Part shown: positions 1 to 10,786 of the stretch, piece by piece
Numbering within the stretch: the first letter of the stretch is position 1
How the letters are laid out: every line of letters begins with the position of its first letter
Source: Candidatus Krumholzibacteriia bacterium
GTDB lineage: Bacteria > Krumholzibacteriota > Krumholzibacteriia > LZORAL124-64-63
DNA: 55,149 nucleotides
Direction: 5' to 3'
Assembly (NCBI GenBank): GCA_046484865.1
Contig: JAWOID010000106.1
Location: forward strand, 1 to 55,149
Notes under the pieces: generated by a model
The model's database searches: none
What the model was told of the DNA's origin: nothing
The model's input: only the letters and a program-made list of their open reading frames with translations
Translations under genes and position numbers: made by a program

Positions 1-266
1 GCGGAACCGGCGGATCGATCTGATCATCACGCCGCCTTCCTAGCCCGGATTATTCATGAACGGCCGTAGCGAGGATGAGGAAAATGCCCGCCAGAACACG
101 ACCTCGCAAGGATTGGCGAGGGAGGCGTACCCGATGCGCGACGTTGACCGAGCCGATCCGAGAAGGCGTGTTCTGGCGGGCATTTTCCTCATCCTCGCTA
201 CGGCCGTTCATGAATAATCCGGGCTAGGAAGGCGGCGTGATGATCAGATCGATCCGCCGGTTCCGC
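1..266. repeat. Perfect 100-bp inverted repeat (1-100 vs 167-266) around a 66-nt spacer; core 41-226 is a candidate palindromic MITE/REP-like element
   Basis: Reverse complement of 1-100 matches 167-266 base for base; the core begins TAG and ends CTA, each within a CTAG tetramer. Confidence 0.9.
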
Positions 267-1471
267 GCCCGCCCCTCGGCCGTGGCGTTCGTGGCGATCG
301 GGTGGTCGGGCCCCATGCCCACCGTCTCGACCGTGTCGGGGGGCACGCCCAGGCGCCTGGCCAGTTCCCCCGCCACCATCTCGGCGCGACGGCGGGACAG
401 GCGAAGGTTCGCCTCGCGGGCGCCGGTGTCGTCGGTGTGGCCCTCGAGACGGATCGTGGCCTCCGGAAAACGTCGCACCGCCGCAGCGAGTTGGTCGAGC
501 AACGCTTCCTGCCCGGGCGCGAGCATGGCACTGCCCACCCCGAAGTCGAAGCCGTGGACATGGACGAGGACCGAACCGTCCGGCCGCAGCAAAACCTCGC
601 CACGCTCGCGCCCCAGTTCCTCCGCCGTGGTCTTCACGGCAGCGGAGCGTTGCTGCTTGAGGTCGAGCTCGTACTCTGCCGCCGATCGGTCGGCCTCGGC
701 CACACCGGCGCGCAGCTGGCTGTCCCAGAGCTGCTGCCGCATCTCGCTCAGTTCCGCACGCATGGCCGTGATCACCGACTCCTGCGCTGCAGCGCGGGCA
801 GCGACCGTCGCCGAGAGGTAGCGGTTCGCCGTGCGCAGCGAATCCACCGTGACCTGCCGACGCAGATTCTCCTGCTCGAGGCGCGCCAGCAGGGCCTCGG
901 CGGCAACATCCCCGCTCAGCGCAGGGTCGAGGTCCGCCCCGCTCAGCGCGGAGACCTGCCGGAGCGCCCGGTCGTACCGCGCCAGGAGCGCCTCGAGCGG
1001 AGAGCGATGCTTGCCCAGGTCGGCGAGGAACCGCGCCTGGGCACGCATGCGCCTGACGTCGTCCTCGAGCGCCGCCAGTTGCGCGTCGGTGCCGCCCTGC
1101 TTCTCGAACTGCCGGAGCCGGTCCGACATCGTACCGTACGCCACCGGCAACGTGCGGTGGGCGTCGAGGTCACGCGCCTCGCCCAGCAGAGCTCGTACCC
1201 GGGCGAGGGTCTGCTGCCGCGTCTGCTCGGCCCCCTCCGGCGCGGTCGCATCGGCTCCAGCCGGCCTCGCCGGCGCCGGTTGCGTCCGGGCGCCCGCATC
1301 CGTCGTCATCGTCATCGCCGCCACCAGCAGCATCAGGAGGCCCGCCGTCAGGCTCGCCAGCGCCGCACCCGTCCGCTTGCCCGTCGGCCGGCGCAGCTCG
1401 CACCCCAGGCTCGTCGCACCCCGCTCGGTCGCCATCGTCGTCATCTCCTCGTCTGGTTGCGAATTCGCCAT
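224..1471 (-). CDS. OmpA/MotB C-terminal domain protein with N-terminal signal/TM segment and coiled coil
   Basis: C-terminal LEGHTDDTG..NLRLSRRRAEMV..GMGPDHPIATN..GRARNRRIDL is the OmpA-like peptidoglycan-binding motif; exact start uncertain. Confidence 0.85.
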   Translation of the reverse strand: MANSQPDEEMTTMATERGATSLGCELRRPTGKRTGAALASLTAGLLMLLVAAMTMTTDAGARTQPAPARPAGADATAPEGAEQTRQQTLARVRALLGEARDLDAHRTLPVAYGTMSDRLRQFEKQGGTDAQLAALEDDVRRMRAQARFLADLGKHRSPLEALLARYDRALRQVSALSGADLDPALSGDVAAEALLARLEQENLRRQVTVDSLRTANRYLSATVAARAAAQESVITAMRAELSEMRQQLWDSQLRAGVAEADRSAAEYELDLKQQRSAAVKTTAEELGRERGEVLLRPDGSVLVHVHGFDFGVGSAMLAPGQEALLDQLAAAVRRFPEATIRLEGHTDDTGAREANLRLSRRRAEMVAGELARRLGVPPDTVETVGMGPDHPIATNATAEGRARNRRIDLIITPPS

Positions 1472-1510
1472 GCTACCGGCCGCGCCAGACTCCGGGCGGC
1501 ACCGGCGCCG

Positions 1511-2620
1511 CTACGGCCCGGAGGCGGAGCGACGCTCGCGCTCGACCAGCAACTCGCGCGCCGCGTTCACCACCGCGTCCACCCCGATGCCGGTCATGCA
1601 GTCGAACATCAGGCATTCCTCCCCCAGGCAGTTCCGCCGCGAAGGGCAATCCACGGGCGGGACCAGGCTGCGCGCCAGTTCGCCGCGGTTGCCCCAGCGG
1701 TCGGGACTCATGGTCGGCGCGGGCGCGAAGAGTCCCAGGGTGGACAGCCCGAGCGCCGAGGCCATGTGAAGCGGTCCGGTGCTCGGCGCGATCATCAGAT
1801 CGCCCGCCGCCAGGACGCCCAGGAACTCTCGCAGCCGGTAGCGGCCGCCCAGCGACACCACTCCCGCCGGCAGCAGCGGCGCGATCTGCGCCAGCGCCTG
1901 GTGGTCCTGCGGGCCGCCGGTGACGAACACCCGCGGCGTGCGCACACCCTCTCCCGGCGGCGCCTCCGTGAGCAACCGGACAACCGCCGCGAATCGTTCC
2001 GGTTCCCAGTCCAGGGCCGAGCCACCCGAGCCGGGGTGCACGAATACCAGGGGCGCGCGTCCGAGTCCGAACTCGGCCCGGAAGCTGCGGCCGATCTCCT
2101 CCTGAGCCCCCGACAGGTGGAGCCGCGGCTCGGGCCAGGGGCCGCCGCGCCCCGCCAGCTTCTCGGCGAGCTGGAGATTGTAGGCCCACTCGTGCCGGCC
2201 GGTGCGGGACCGCGCCTGCCAGACGCCGCCGTTCAGCAACCACCAGCTCGACCACTTGGACAGCGGACCGATCCGGCGCCGCACCCCCGCCCGGCGGAGT
2301 ACCTGCGCGAGTTCGCGGCGATACAGCAACAGCACCGCGGCGTCGAATCGTTCGGCGGCGAGCCGCCGCTCCAGGTCTCCCGAGCGGTGGCCCTCGCTCC
2401 AGATCGCGTCCACGTGGGGATCGTTCTCGACCAGCGGTACCGCCTCCCGCGCCACCAGCGCGTGCACCTCCCAGCGGGGTCTCCGCTCCTTGATGTACGC
2501 GAACACCGGCAGCGAGAGCACCAGGTCGCCGAGGCGATCGGTCCGCGCTACCAGGACCTTGCGCGCGGGGTCGCGGGGATCGCCGGCGCCCTCGCGCCGA
2601 TCTGCGGCGACGTCCGTCAC
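1511..2620 (-). CDS. Glycosyltransferase family 9 (LPS heptosyltransferase-like)
   Basis: RTDRLGDLVLSLP, VHPGSGG and STGPLHMASALG motifs. Confidence 0.9.
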   Translation of the reverse strand: MTDVAADRREGAGDPRDPARKVLVARTDRLGDLVLSLPVFAYIKERRPRWEVHALVAREAVPLVENDPHVDAIWSEGHRSGDLERRLAAERFDAAVLLLYRRELAQVLRRAGVRRRIGPLSKWSSWWLLNGGVWQARSRTGRHEWAYNLQLAEKLAGRGGPWPEPRLHLSGAQEEIGRSFRAEFGLGRAPLVFVHPGSGGSALDWEPERFAAVVRLLTEAPPGEGVRTPRVFVTGGPQDHQALAQIAPLLPAGVVSLGGRYRLREFLGVLAAGDLMIAPSTGPLHMASALGLSTLGLFAPAPTMSPDRWGNRGELARSLVPPVDCPSRRNCLGEECLMFDCMTGIGVDAVVNAARELLVERERRSASGP

Positions 2621-3360
2621 CGTGGCTCCATGCGCCAGAGCTTGGTGTACTTCGCCAGCACGTAGAAGCTAGACGCCAGACAGAGGACGGTGCCTTCCCA
2701 GCCGTCGCGGAAGCCCCTCTTCAGCAGCCACATGCGCCAGAACGTGGCCTGGGAGCGAAGCACCGCCCGCGGCAAGGTGCTGCCCCGTCCGCGTTCGACC
2801 TGCTCGTGCGCCGCCAGGCTGGTGTAGCTGTTGAGCTTCGTGATGTACTGCTCCATGGTCTCGTAGGTGTAGTGGAGCATCAGACCATCCAGCCGACCCA
2901 CCGGCCCGTCGACGTGGATTCCCTCGTGCACCGGCTTGCCGTCGAAGCGGCCCCGGCGCCGGTCGAACAGACGGACCACCCAGTCGGGATGCCAGCCGCA
3001 GTGTCGGATCCAGCGGCCGAGGAAGCGGCTCAGTCGGTTCAACTCGAACGCCGCCTCCGGCGGCTGGTCCGGCAGGGCGAGGATGGCGGCGCGCAGCTCC
3101 GGCGTGATTTCCTCGTCGCTGTCGATGCTGAGGACCCAGTCGTGACGGCAGAGGTCCACCACCCGCTGCTTCATGGGGCCGAAGCCACCCTCCCAGCGGG
3201 TCTGGTGCACGCGGGCGCCGTGCCGCGCGCAGACCGCGCGCGTGTGGTCGGTGGTACCGTGCAACAGCACCACCACGTCGTCCACGAAGGCGAGCGACGC
3301 CAGGCAGCGGTCGAGATCGTCGGCCGCCTCGTGGCTGAGAATGGCCGCGGAGATCTTCAC
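2617..3360 (-). CDS. Glycosyltransferase family 2 (WaaE/LgtF-like LPS core glucosyltransferase)
   Basis: WVLSIDSDE, GWHPDWVVRLF, VHE and HYTY motifs; GTG start; 4-bp overlap with the GT9 gene. Confidence 0.9.
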   Translation of the reverse strand: MKISAAILSHEAADDLDRCLASLAFVDDVVVLLHGTTDHTRAVCARHGARVHQTRWEGGFGPMKQRVVDLCRHDWVLSIDSDEEITPELRAAILALPDQPPEAAFELNRLSRFLGRWIRHCGWHPDWVVRLFDRRRGRFDGKPVHEGIHVDGPVGRLDGLMLHYTYETMEQYITKLNSYTSLAAHEQVERGRGSTLPRAVLRSQATFWRMWLLKRGFRDGWEGTVLCLASSFYVLAKYTKLWRMEPR

Positions 3361-3375
3361 GCCCGTCCTCCGGAA

Positions 3376-4464
3376 TCAGGCGGCGCCGTGACGGTGCACC
3401 ACCTCGTCGGGCAGGTGGGCCGCCGCGGCCAGAGCGGCCGGGTCCGGCGCCAGCAGAACCTTGCCCACGTTCCGCCGCTCGTGCAGGCGACGGTGGGCGT
3501 CGGCGGCCGCGGCGAACGGGTAGACGCGGTCGATCCTGGGCGCGATCTCGCCCGCCTGCAGCAACGCCAGCAACCGGTGCATCCAGCCCGCCAGCAGGGG
3601 CCCCTCGCCCCAGAGACGACCCAGGTTCACGCCCGCCACCGATCGGTTCTCGTTCATCAGCCGCAGGGGGTTCAGGCGCAGCCAGGGCACCTCCGCCAGC
3701 GTGCGCAGCGCCGAGAGCATACCCGAGGTCGGCGTCCGCGCCGCCGACGCGAAGCCGAACAGCACCAGCCGGCCGCACGGCGCCAGACACCGGTAGCTCT
3801 CCATGATCCACCGGCCGTGGCGCGCCTCCAGTGCGACGTCGACGCCGCGCCCATCGGCGATGGCCCGCACGACCCCGGCGAAGTTGCGCCGCCGTGAGTC
3901 GAGCACGTGCGCCACCCCCTGATCGCGCAGGAAGTCGTGCTTGCCCGGCGAGGCGCTCGCCAGCACCAGGGCGCCCCGACGGCGGGCCAGTTGCAGGGCC
4001 GCCTGCCCCACGCCTCCGGCGGCGGAATGGATCAGAACGTGCTCGCCGGGCGCGGGGGGCGCCATCACCTCGAGCATCTGGTACGCCGTCAGGTAGTTCA
4101 CCGGCAGCGCGGCGGCCACGGCGGCGTTCACTCCCGGGGGCCGCCGCCACACCTGGCCCGCGGGAATGCAGATCGACTCGCTGTAACCCCCGAAGCGGCA
4201 GAGCGCCGCCACGTCGGCACCCTCGAGTTCGCCCGGCGCGCCGGGTCCCACCGCGTCCACCCGGCCGGCCACCTCGTAGCCCGGGACCGCCGGCAGCTGG
4301 GGCGCATCGGGGTAGATGCCCATGCGCATCATCAGGTCGGCGAAGTTCACGCCGGCCGCTTCCACGCGCACGCGCACCTGCCCCGGTCCGGGCCGCGGAT
4401 CGTCCGCGTGCCGGACGCGGAGGGTGTCGGGACCGCCTCGCTTCTCGATCCAGACCTGCTGCAT
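3376..4464 (-). CDS. NADPH:quinone oxidoreductase / VAT-1-like medium-chain dehydrogenase
   Basis: GVNFADLMMRMG, PGYEVAG, HSAAGGVG and RNVGKVLL motifs. Confidence 0.9.
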   Translation of the reverse strand: MQQVWIEKRGGPDTLRVRHADDPRPGPGQVRVRVEAAGVNFADLMMRMGIYPDAPQLPAVPGYEVAGRVDAVGPGAPGELEGADVAALCRFGGYSESICIPAGQVWRRPPGVNAAVAAALPVNYLTAYQMLEVMAPPAPGEHVLIHSAAGGVGQAALQLARRRGALVLASASPGKHDFLRDQGVAHVLDSRRRNFAGVVRAIADGRGVDVALEARHGRWIMESYRCLAPCGRLVLFGFASAARTPTSGMLSALRTLAEVPWLRLNPLRLMNENRSVAGVNLGRLWGEGPLLAGWMHRLLALLQAGEIAPRIDRVYPFAAAADAHRRLHERRNVGKVLLAPDPAALAAAAHLPDEVVHRHGAA

Positions 4465-4530
4465 TCGCCCCTCCGGACGTGTCCTGGGCTGATTAGGCCG
4501 GACGTTAGCACACGGGTGCGGCGCGCACCA

Positions 4531-6363
4531 TCACTCGAAGACGAGTGGATCGGGGCGGGGGCCGGGCAGGCCCAGCGAGAAGGTGCGGGCCCCGCCCAGC
4601 TTCACCACCAGGTCCGACCCACCGGTGAAGGTGGTGGGCAGGTAGGCCACCTGCAACTGGAAGGCATCGAAGACCAGGCGCGGATTCTTGAGCCGGACGC
4701 CTCCTCCCAGGCTGCCGTAGACCGTCCGCGTGAAGATCGGGTCCCGCTCGCCGCCGATCAGCCCCACGTCCGCGAAGGCGTAGATCGCGGTGCGGAAGCC
4801 GAGCGGTGCCAGCGGCGTGAACAGCACCCCCTCGTAGCTTCCCGTCAACCGCTGGCCGCCCCGGAGTTCCCCGGCAACGAGACCGCGGATCCCCTGGTCC
4901 ACGTCCAGGCGCAGCCGCCGGTCGATCTGCTGGTTCAGGCCCAGGGTGTAGATCGCTCCGAGGAAGTGGCGCAGCCGCAGCACCCCCTGGCCGGTCAGGC
5001 GCGTGAAGCCCGACACGTCCACGCGCAGGACGCCGTCTTCCAGGCGACCCGCGTCGCGGTAGCCGCCCAGTTCCAGCCGACCGCGCAGGTAATCTCCGCC
5101 CAGGAACCCGGCAGCGCCCAGGCGCAGAGCCGTGTAAGGGCGGTCGTCGAACTCGCCGGCCTCCCAGCCCACCGTCACATCGGTGCGGATGCCGTCGAAG
5201 ACGTCCTCGACCTGATCGAACGCCGTCACCAGCCGGGTCCGGTAGTAGCGGCCGGAAAACCAGTAGAGGCTGAGCAGGAACAGGTCGCGGTCATGGAACG
5301 CGGCGCCGATCTCGGCGCTCACCGGCGGCCGTTCGGCGTGGCGGCGGCCGATCCAGCGGCCGGCCAGGACCACCTCGGCGCGCTGGAGGCGACGCTGTGT
5401 CCACGGCGACACCGCCAGAGTCCGCCCCAGCCACAGGTCCTGCTGCCGCCAGCGGACGCCGGCGATGGCCGTATCCTCCCGCGCCGCCGCGCGGTCGCGG
5501 GCGGTGGCGTAGCGGCCGCCGCCCACCACCCGGATGCCCGGGAAGCGGAAATCGCGCTCGAGGCCGGCCGAGCGCAGGAGCCAGTCCTGGTCGTCGCGGT
5601 AGACCAGACTGGCCGTCCACCACTGACCCACCAGGTTGTCCGCCGCCAGCCGCGTCCGCAGGCCCAGTTCCGGCGCGGCATCCTCACGGTAGAGGGTCTC
5701 CACCTCGAGGTCGATCCCCGCTCCGGCCAGGTTGCGGTGGTACACGGCCGCGTCGTGGTCGCCGACGCGACGGAAGCGCAACTCGGCTCCGAGGGGGAAC
5801 GCCTCGCGGACGACCACCACGGCGTCCACCAGCTGCGTCGCGCCCGGGACCGGATGCAGGGTGATGCGCACGTCGCTCACGTAGGGGAGTTCACGCAGGA
5901 TGCGCTCGGAATCGGCGAGCCGGAACGGGGCCACCTCGTCCCCGGGCTGCACCCGGAGGTAGCGGCGCACCAGCCAGGGTCGGGTCCGGCGGGTCAGACC
6001 GTCCAGGAGGTGCTCGATCCGGCTGCCCTCGACCTGAAAACTGTCGGCCTCCACGCGCCCGAACGGCGACAGGCGCGCGATGATCACGCGGCGCACGTGC
6101 TGGCCGGCGTACGGGAGGTACGGCATCACCTCCAGTTCCGCCTCGAACGCGATGTCGAGATCGTCGCGACCCGGCGGATCGGTCTCGAACCGGCTCAGCA
6201 GCCGGCCGAACAGGCTGCGGTCGGGAGCATCGGCGGTGTCGGCGTCCGCCGTGACGGGGGTCGACCTGTCCGCCGCCATCGCCGGGATCGCCGGCCCGTC
6301 AGCCGCTTCCGCCGCCGCGGCAGCCACCGCCGCGGCCAGGAGGAGGGTCAGCGACCGCAGCAC
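4531..6363 (-). CDS. Outer-membrane protein, Omp85/BamA-TamA-like (single POTRA domain plus beta-barrel)
   Basis: Signal peptide; POTRA-like [27 protein letters not shown]-terminal FADVG and GGGVRL barrel motifs; start could instead be ATG at 6390. Confidence 0.6.
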   Translation of the reverse strand: MLRSLTLLLAAAVAAAAAEAADGPAIPAMAADRSTPVTADADTADAPDRSLFGRLLSRFETDPPGRDDLDIAFEAELEVMPYLPYAGQHVRRVIIARLSPFGRVEADSFQVEGSRIEHLLDGLTRRTRPWLVRRYLRVQPGDEVAPFRLADSERILRELPYVSDVRITLHPVPGATQLVDAVVVVREAFPLGAELRFRRVGDHDAAVYHRNLAGAGIDLEVETLYREDAAPELGLRTRLAADNLVGQWWTASLVYRDDQDWLLRSAGLERDFRFPGIRVVGGGRYATARDRAAAREDTAIAGVRWRQQDLWLGRTLAVSPWTQRRLQRAEVVLAGRWIGRRHAERPPVSAEIGAAFHDRDLFLLSLYWFSGRYYRTRLVTAFDQVEDVFDGIRTDVTVGWEAGEFDDRPYTALRLGAAGFLGGDYLRGRLELGGYRDAGRLEDGVLRVDVSGFTRLTGQGVLRLRHFLGAIYTLGLNQQIDRRLRLDVDQGIRGLVAGELRGGQRLTGSYEGVLFTPLAPLGFRTAIYAFADVGLIGGERDPIFTRTVYGSLGGGVRLKNPRLVFDAFQLQVAYLPTTFTGGSDLVVKLGGARTFSLGLPGPRPDPLVFE

Positions 6364-6833
6364 TTCTTCGACTTGAGCCCGCTGCCGCATGGACAGGGAT
6401 CGTTGCGCCCCACCTTGGCCTGCTCGCGAACGAACGGCTGCGACTTCACCGTCTCGCCGTCGACGAAGAACCACCGTCCCTCGTGGCGCTCGAAGGTCGC
6501 CCGTTCGTGGTGACGATGGCGCTTGTCGGCGAAGGTGTAGTCGGCGACGAACTCCACCTCGCCCTCGGCATCGTCAGGACCGCCCCCGCTGGTGGACACG
6601 ATCTCGAGCCCGTGCCACTGCGAGTTCTCGGACCAGTCGCGGATTCCCTCCGGGTCGGTCTCCCCGCGCCGGTCCGGGTGCATGGAGGCGATCACGAAGT
6701 CCACGTCGCCCAGCACGTATCCCGAGTACCGGGCCCGCATGAGCTCCTCGGCGGTGGCCGCCGGCCGCTCGCCGGTCATGACGGCGCCGCAGCACTCCTC
6801 GTGGTCACGGCCCGATCCGCAGGGGCAGTCCAT
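6348..6833 (-). CDS. ychJ: YchJ family protein with SEC-C motifs
   Basis: CPCGSG..CC at both ends, [25 protein letters not shown] and [11 protein letters not shown]. Confidence 0.9.
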   Translation of the reverse strand: MDCPCGSGRDHEECCGAVMTGERPAATAEELMRARYSGYVLGDVDFVIASMHPDRRGETDPEGIRDWSENSQWHGLEIVSTSGGGPDDAEGEVEFVADYTFADKRHRHHERATFERHEGRWFFVDGETVKSQPFVREQAKVGRNDPCPCGSGLKSKKCCGR

Positions 6834-6951
6834 CTGGGGTGAACCTCCGGGCAACGTCGCTGAGGACGTCACGGGATGCGGTCTCGCGCGGCAAGCAGCG
6901 GGGCCGCCGGTCCAGCCGGCGGCCCCGAGAACCGGCCTGAAAGAGGCCGCG

Positions 6952-8961
6952 CTAGTCCCGGGCCGCGTTGCGCGAACTCCGGTAGAGGTAGTAGGCCAGT
7001 CCGGCCACCGCCAGCAGCGCCACGACCGCCGAGGCAGAGTTCTCTTCCGCCCAGTGATGCGTGCCGATCGCCGCCGGCACCGACCAGTCCTCGACGCCGG
7101 AGGCCGAGATGCCGGCGAACCGGATGGCCGCTGCGATGACGCCCATGATCGCTCCGCCCGCGACGAAACCGCTGGCCATCAGCGTGCCACGATCGTTGCG
7201 CGCCTTCCGCGTCTTGTCCGAACCGCCGCTGTTTACGAAGTGCGCCACGAGGCCGCCGAGGAGTACCGGCGTGTTCACTTCCATGGGCAGGTACATGCCC
7301 AGAGCGAACGCGAGGGCCGGCAGCCTGGTCCACTCGAGGATCAGAGCCATGAAGATGCCCGCCATGTAGAGCAGCCACGGCGCCGGCTGTCCGGTCATCA
7401 TCGGCTGGATCACGGCGGCCATGGCGCTGGCCTGCGGCGCGGGCAGGCCGCCCGCCGCGAAGTTGAAGGTGCGGTCGAGCATCATGATCACCGCCGTGAC
7501 CGTGATCGCGGCCACGATGGTGCCCAGGAACTTCCACTTCTGCTGGGTGGCCGGGGTGGTGCCGAGCCAGTAGCCGATCTTCAGATCGCTGACGAAGCCG
7601 CCGCTCATCGACAGCGCGGTGCACACCACGCCGCCGATCAGCAGCGCGGCGACGATGCCCTCCTCGCCGTCCAGGCCCACGGCGCGCAGGACCACCGAGC
7701 TGATGATCAGCGTCATCAGCGTCATGCCGGAGACGGGGTTCGTGCCGACGATGGCGATGGCGCGAGCCGCCACCGTCGTGAACAGGAAGGCGATGCCCGC
7801 CACGACGAGCAAGCCGGTGATCGCCTGGACGAAGTTCACCCCCGGGACCAGGAACATGAAGAAGGCGAACACGCAGACCAGGGTCAGGGCGAGCCCGCCC
7901 ACCACGAGAGTCATCGGCAGATCACGCTGGGTCCGCTCCTCCGAGGAGCCGCTCGCCTTCTGCCCGGCCTGCGCCGCCAGCTTGAACGCCCCCACGATGA
8001 TGCCGCGGCTCTTCCACACCCCGATCAAGCCGGACATCGCGATGGCCCCGATGCCGATCGGCCGCACGAAGTTGATGAAGATCTCGCGGGTGGACAGCGC
8101 GTCGAGGGCGGCGAGCTGGTAGGTCGTGCCGGCCACCGTGACGCCCTTGCCGAGGATGCCGACCGCCGGCGTGAGCACCCACCAGGAGAGGAAGGAGCCG
8201 CAGGCGATCACCAGCGCGTAGCGCAGACCGATGATGTAGCCGAGGCCGAGGATCGCCGCCTCGGTCATCATGTGGAACTCGAGCCGCACACGCTGGGAGA
8301 GATCCGCGCCCCAGCCGAAGACGTTGGTGGAGAAGGTCTCGCGCCAGGCGCCCGCGGTCTGTGCGACCAGCTGGTAACCGGCCGCGATGCCGCCCGCCTT
8401 GAGCAGCACTGCGGCCTGACCGCCGCCGGACTCGCCGGCCATCAGCACCTCGGTGGACGCGGTCGCCTCCGGGAACGGGAACTCGCCGTGCATGTCCTTG
8501 ACGAAGTAGCGGCGGAACGGGATCAGGAACAGGATTCCCAGGAAACCGCCCAGCAAGGACGCGAGGCACATCTGCAGGAAGTTCGTCCGGTCGGCCAGAC
8601 CGAGGATGTAGATCCCCGGCAAGGTGAAGATCGCACCGGCCACCACGACGCCCGATGCCGAACCGATCGACTGGATCATCACGTTCTGCTGCAGCGAGTT
8701 CTTCTTGCGCAGCGCCGTGCTGAGGCCTATGGCGAGGATCGTGATCGGGATGGCGGCCTCGAAGACCTGACCGATCTTCAGGCCCAGGTAGGCGGCGGCC
8801 GCGGAGAACACGACCGCGTAGAGGAGGCCCCAGAACAGCGCGTACGGCGTCAGCTCCGGGACGATCCGGTCGGCCGGGACCACCGGCACGTAGTTCTCGC
8901 CCGGCGCCAGCTTCCGGTAGGCGTTCTCGGGCAGACTGCGCTCCTTGCCGACGATTTCCAT
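6952..8961 (-). CDS. OPT family oligopeptide transporter
   Basis: [50 protein letters not shown]; many TM helices. Confidence 0.92.
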   Translation of the reverse strand: MEIVGKERSLPENAYRKLAPGENYVPVVPADRIVPELTPYALFWGLLYAVVFSAAAAYLGLKIGQVFEAAIPITILAIGLSTALRKKNSLQQNVMIQSIGSASGVVVAGAIFTLPGIYILGLADRTNFLQMCLASLLGGFLGILFLIPFRRYFVKDMHGEFPFPEATASTEVLMAGESGGGQAAVLLKAGGIAAGYQLVAQTAGAWRETFSTNVFGWGADLSQRVRLEFHMMTEAAILGLGYIIGLRYALVIACGSFLSWWVLTPAVGILGKGVTVAGTTYQLAALDALSTREIFINFVRPIGIGAIAMSGLIGVWKSRGIIVGAFKLAAQAGQKASGSSEERTQRDLPMTLVVGGLALTLVCVFAFFMFLVPGVNFVQAITGLLVVAGIAFLFTTVAARAIAIVGTNPVSGMTLMTLIISSVVLRAVGLDGEEGIVAALLIGGVVCTALSMSGGFVSDLKIGYWLGTTPATQQKWKFLGTIVAAITVTAVIMMLDRTFNFAAGGLPAPQASAMAAVIQPMMTGQPAPWLLYMAGIFMALILEWTRLPALAFALGMYLPMEVNTPVLLGGLVAHFVNSGGSDKTRKARNDRGTLMASGFVAGGAIMGVIAAAIRFAGISASGVEDWSVPAAIGTHHWAEENSASAVVALLAVAGLAYYLYRSSRNAARD

Positions 8962-9234
8962 GGGAACCTCCGGTGCCGATGAGGATGCAAGCGCGGGCCT
9001 GAGGCGCGCTTCCGGCGGTGAAAGCAACGCCGGGAAGCGTAGCACCTCGACCGGCGCCCGACAAGAAATTCGGCCCGGCCCGGCGCAGACGCGGCCCGTC
9101 GTCCAGCCGGAGGTCGGCCCAGGCTTGCGCGCGCGACCGCCAGGAACTTACCATGGCGGAGCTTGCAAGACCGTCCGACGCCGGCGGCGCCTCCCCCGCA
9201 CGCCCCGGCACCGCCTGCTTCCGTGGAGGTCCTC

Positions 9235-10494
9235 ATGCTGAACAGGAAACCGGGTTCTTCCTTCCCCTCGCTGGTCGATCGGTTCGTCAAGTACGCGAAG
9301 GTCCACACCTCGAGCAGCGAGGAGTCGGACACCTACCCCAGCAGCGAGCGCCAGTTCGACCTCGCCCGGATCCTCGTGCAGGAGTTGAAGGACCTGGGTC
9401 TCGACAACGCGGCGGTGGATCACCATTGCTACGTCACCGCCAGCCTGCCCGCCTCTCCCGGAATGGAGAAGGTGCCGCCGATCGCATTCATCGCGCACAT
9501 GGACACGTACCCCGAGGTGAGCGGCGAGAACGTTCAGCCCGTGTTCCACGAGAACTACCGGGGCGGGGACATCGTACTGCCGAAGAACGACGTGGTGATC
9601 AAGGCCGACGAGAACCCCTACCTCCAGGAGTGCCTCGGCGAGACCATCATCACCGCCGACGGCACCACGCTGCTGGGCGCGGACGACAAGGCCGGCATCG
9701 CCGAGATCATGGAGGCGCTCACCCGCATCGTCGAGAATCCCGACTTCGGGCACGGTCCGGTGAAGATCGCCTTCACCCCCGACGAGGAGGTGGGCGCGGG
9801 CGTGAAGCACTTCGACGTGGCGGGGTTCGGTGCCACCGTCGCCTACACGATGGACGGCGGCCGCAGCGGCGAGATCGAGAACGAGACGTTCTGCGCCGAC
9901 AGCGCGATCGTCAAGTTCGTCGGTCGCGACATCCACCCGGGCTACGCCAAGGACAAGCTGGTGTCCTCGATCAAGGTGGCAGGAACCTTCCTCGCCGGCC
10001 TGCCCCGCGAGATGGCGCCGGAGACCACGGCGGACAAACAGGGGTACATCCACCCCATCCAGGTGAAGGGCAATACCAGCCAGACCGATGTCACCCTGCT
10101 CATCCGCGACTTCGACGCCGATGAACTGCCGGTGAAAGCGGACCTCATCCGCAAGCATGCCGAGCGGGCCTGCGCGGAATGGCCGGGCGCCAGGTTCGAG
10201 GTCGAGATCAAGCAGTCCTACCGCAACATGAAGTACGACCTCGAGCAGGAGCCGCGTGCGGTGGAATACGCGATGGAGGCGGTCCGCCGGGTCGGCATCA
10301 CGCCGCACCTGGGGTCCATCCGTGGAGGCACCGACGGCGCCAACCTGTCCGCCCGCGGACTGCCGACGCCGAACATCTTCACCGGGGAGCAGGCATTCCA
10401 TGGCTACGGCGAGTGGATCTGCACCCGGGACATGGAACTGGCCACCCGGACCATCCTCCACCTGATGGATGTCTGGCGCGAGAAGGAGTCCTGA
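9235..10494 (+). CDS. pepT: Peptidase T (M20B tripeptidase)
   Basis: IAHMDT, LLGADDKAG, FTPDEEVG, HPGYAK and IRGGTDG motifs; GGAGGT RBS. Confidence 0.95.
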   Translation: MLNRKPGSSFPSLVDRFVKYAKVHTSSSEESDTYPSSERQFDLARILVQELKDLGLDNAAVDHHCYVTASLPASPGMEKVPPIAFIAHMDTYPEVSGENVQPVFHENYRGGDIVLPKNDVVIKADENPYLQECLGETIITADGTTLLGADDKAGIAEIMEALTRIVENPDFGHGPVKIAFTPDEEVGAGVKHFDVAGFGATVAYTMDGGRSGEIENETFCADSAIVKFVGRDIHPGYAKDKLVSSIKVAGTFLAGLPREMAPETTADKQGYIHPIQVKGNTSQTDVTLLIRDFDADELPVKADLIRKHAERACAEWPGARFEVEIKQSYRNMKYDLEQEPRAVEYAMEAVRRVGITPHLGSIRGGTDGANLSARGLPTPNIFTGEQAFHGYGEWICTRDMELATRTILHLMDVWREKES

Positions 10495-10501
10495 TCTCCC
10501 G

Positions 10502-10530
10502 TTCCCGCCCGGCCGGCTCCCGGGCGGGGA
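10502..10530 (+). terminator. GC-rich hairpin after pepT (possible terminator)
   Basis: cccgcccgg..ccgggcggg stem; no U-tract. Confidence 0.4.
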
Positions 10531-10656
10531 GTTCCGGGATCGTGGCGCCTGCCCCGCGGGCCGGCCGGAGCGACGGCCGGCCCGCGGTCCGTTCGCGCCC
10601 CAATCGCCCCTCACGCCCGTTCCGCGGCACCGCCATCGATTTTTCGGCTGACGGTG

Positions 10657-10686
10657 TTGCCAGATGGCCCGGGTATCTCCTACCAT
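10657..10686 (+). promoter_or_regulatory. Possible sigma70 promoter for the repeat protein
   Basis: TTGCCA-N18-TACCAT about 100 bp upstream of ATG 10787. Confidence 0.4.
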
Positions 10687-10786
10687 TCTAGTGTCCTATA
10701 GGGGATGCGCCGGGAGCGCCCCGTCCTGCCCGAGGATTCGCGATCGAGACCCGAGACGACGACTGACCCATGCAACGAGGTGCGAC

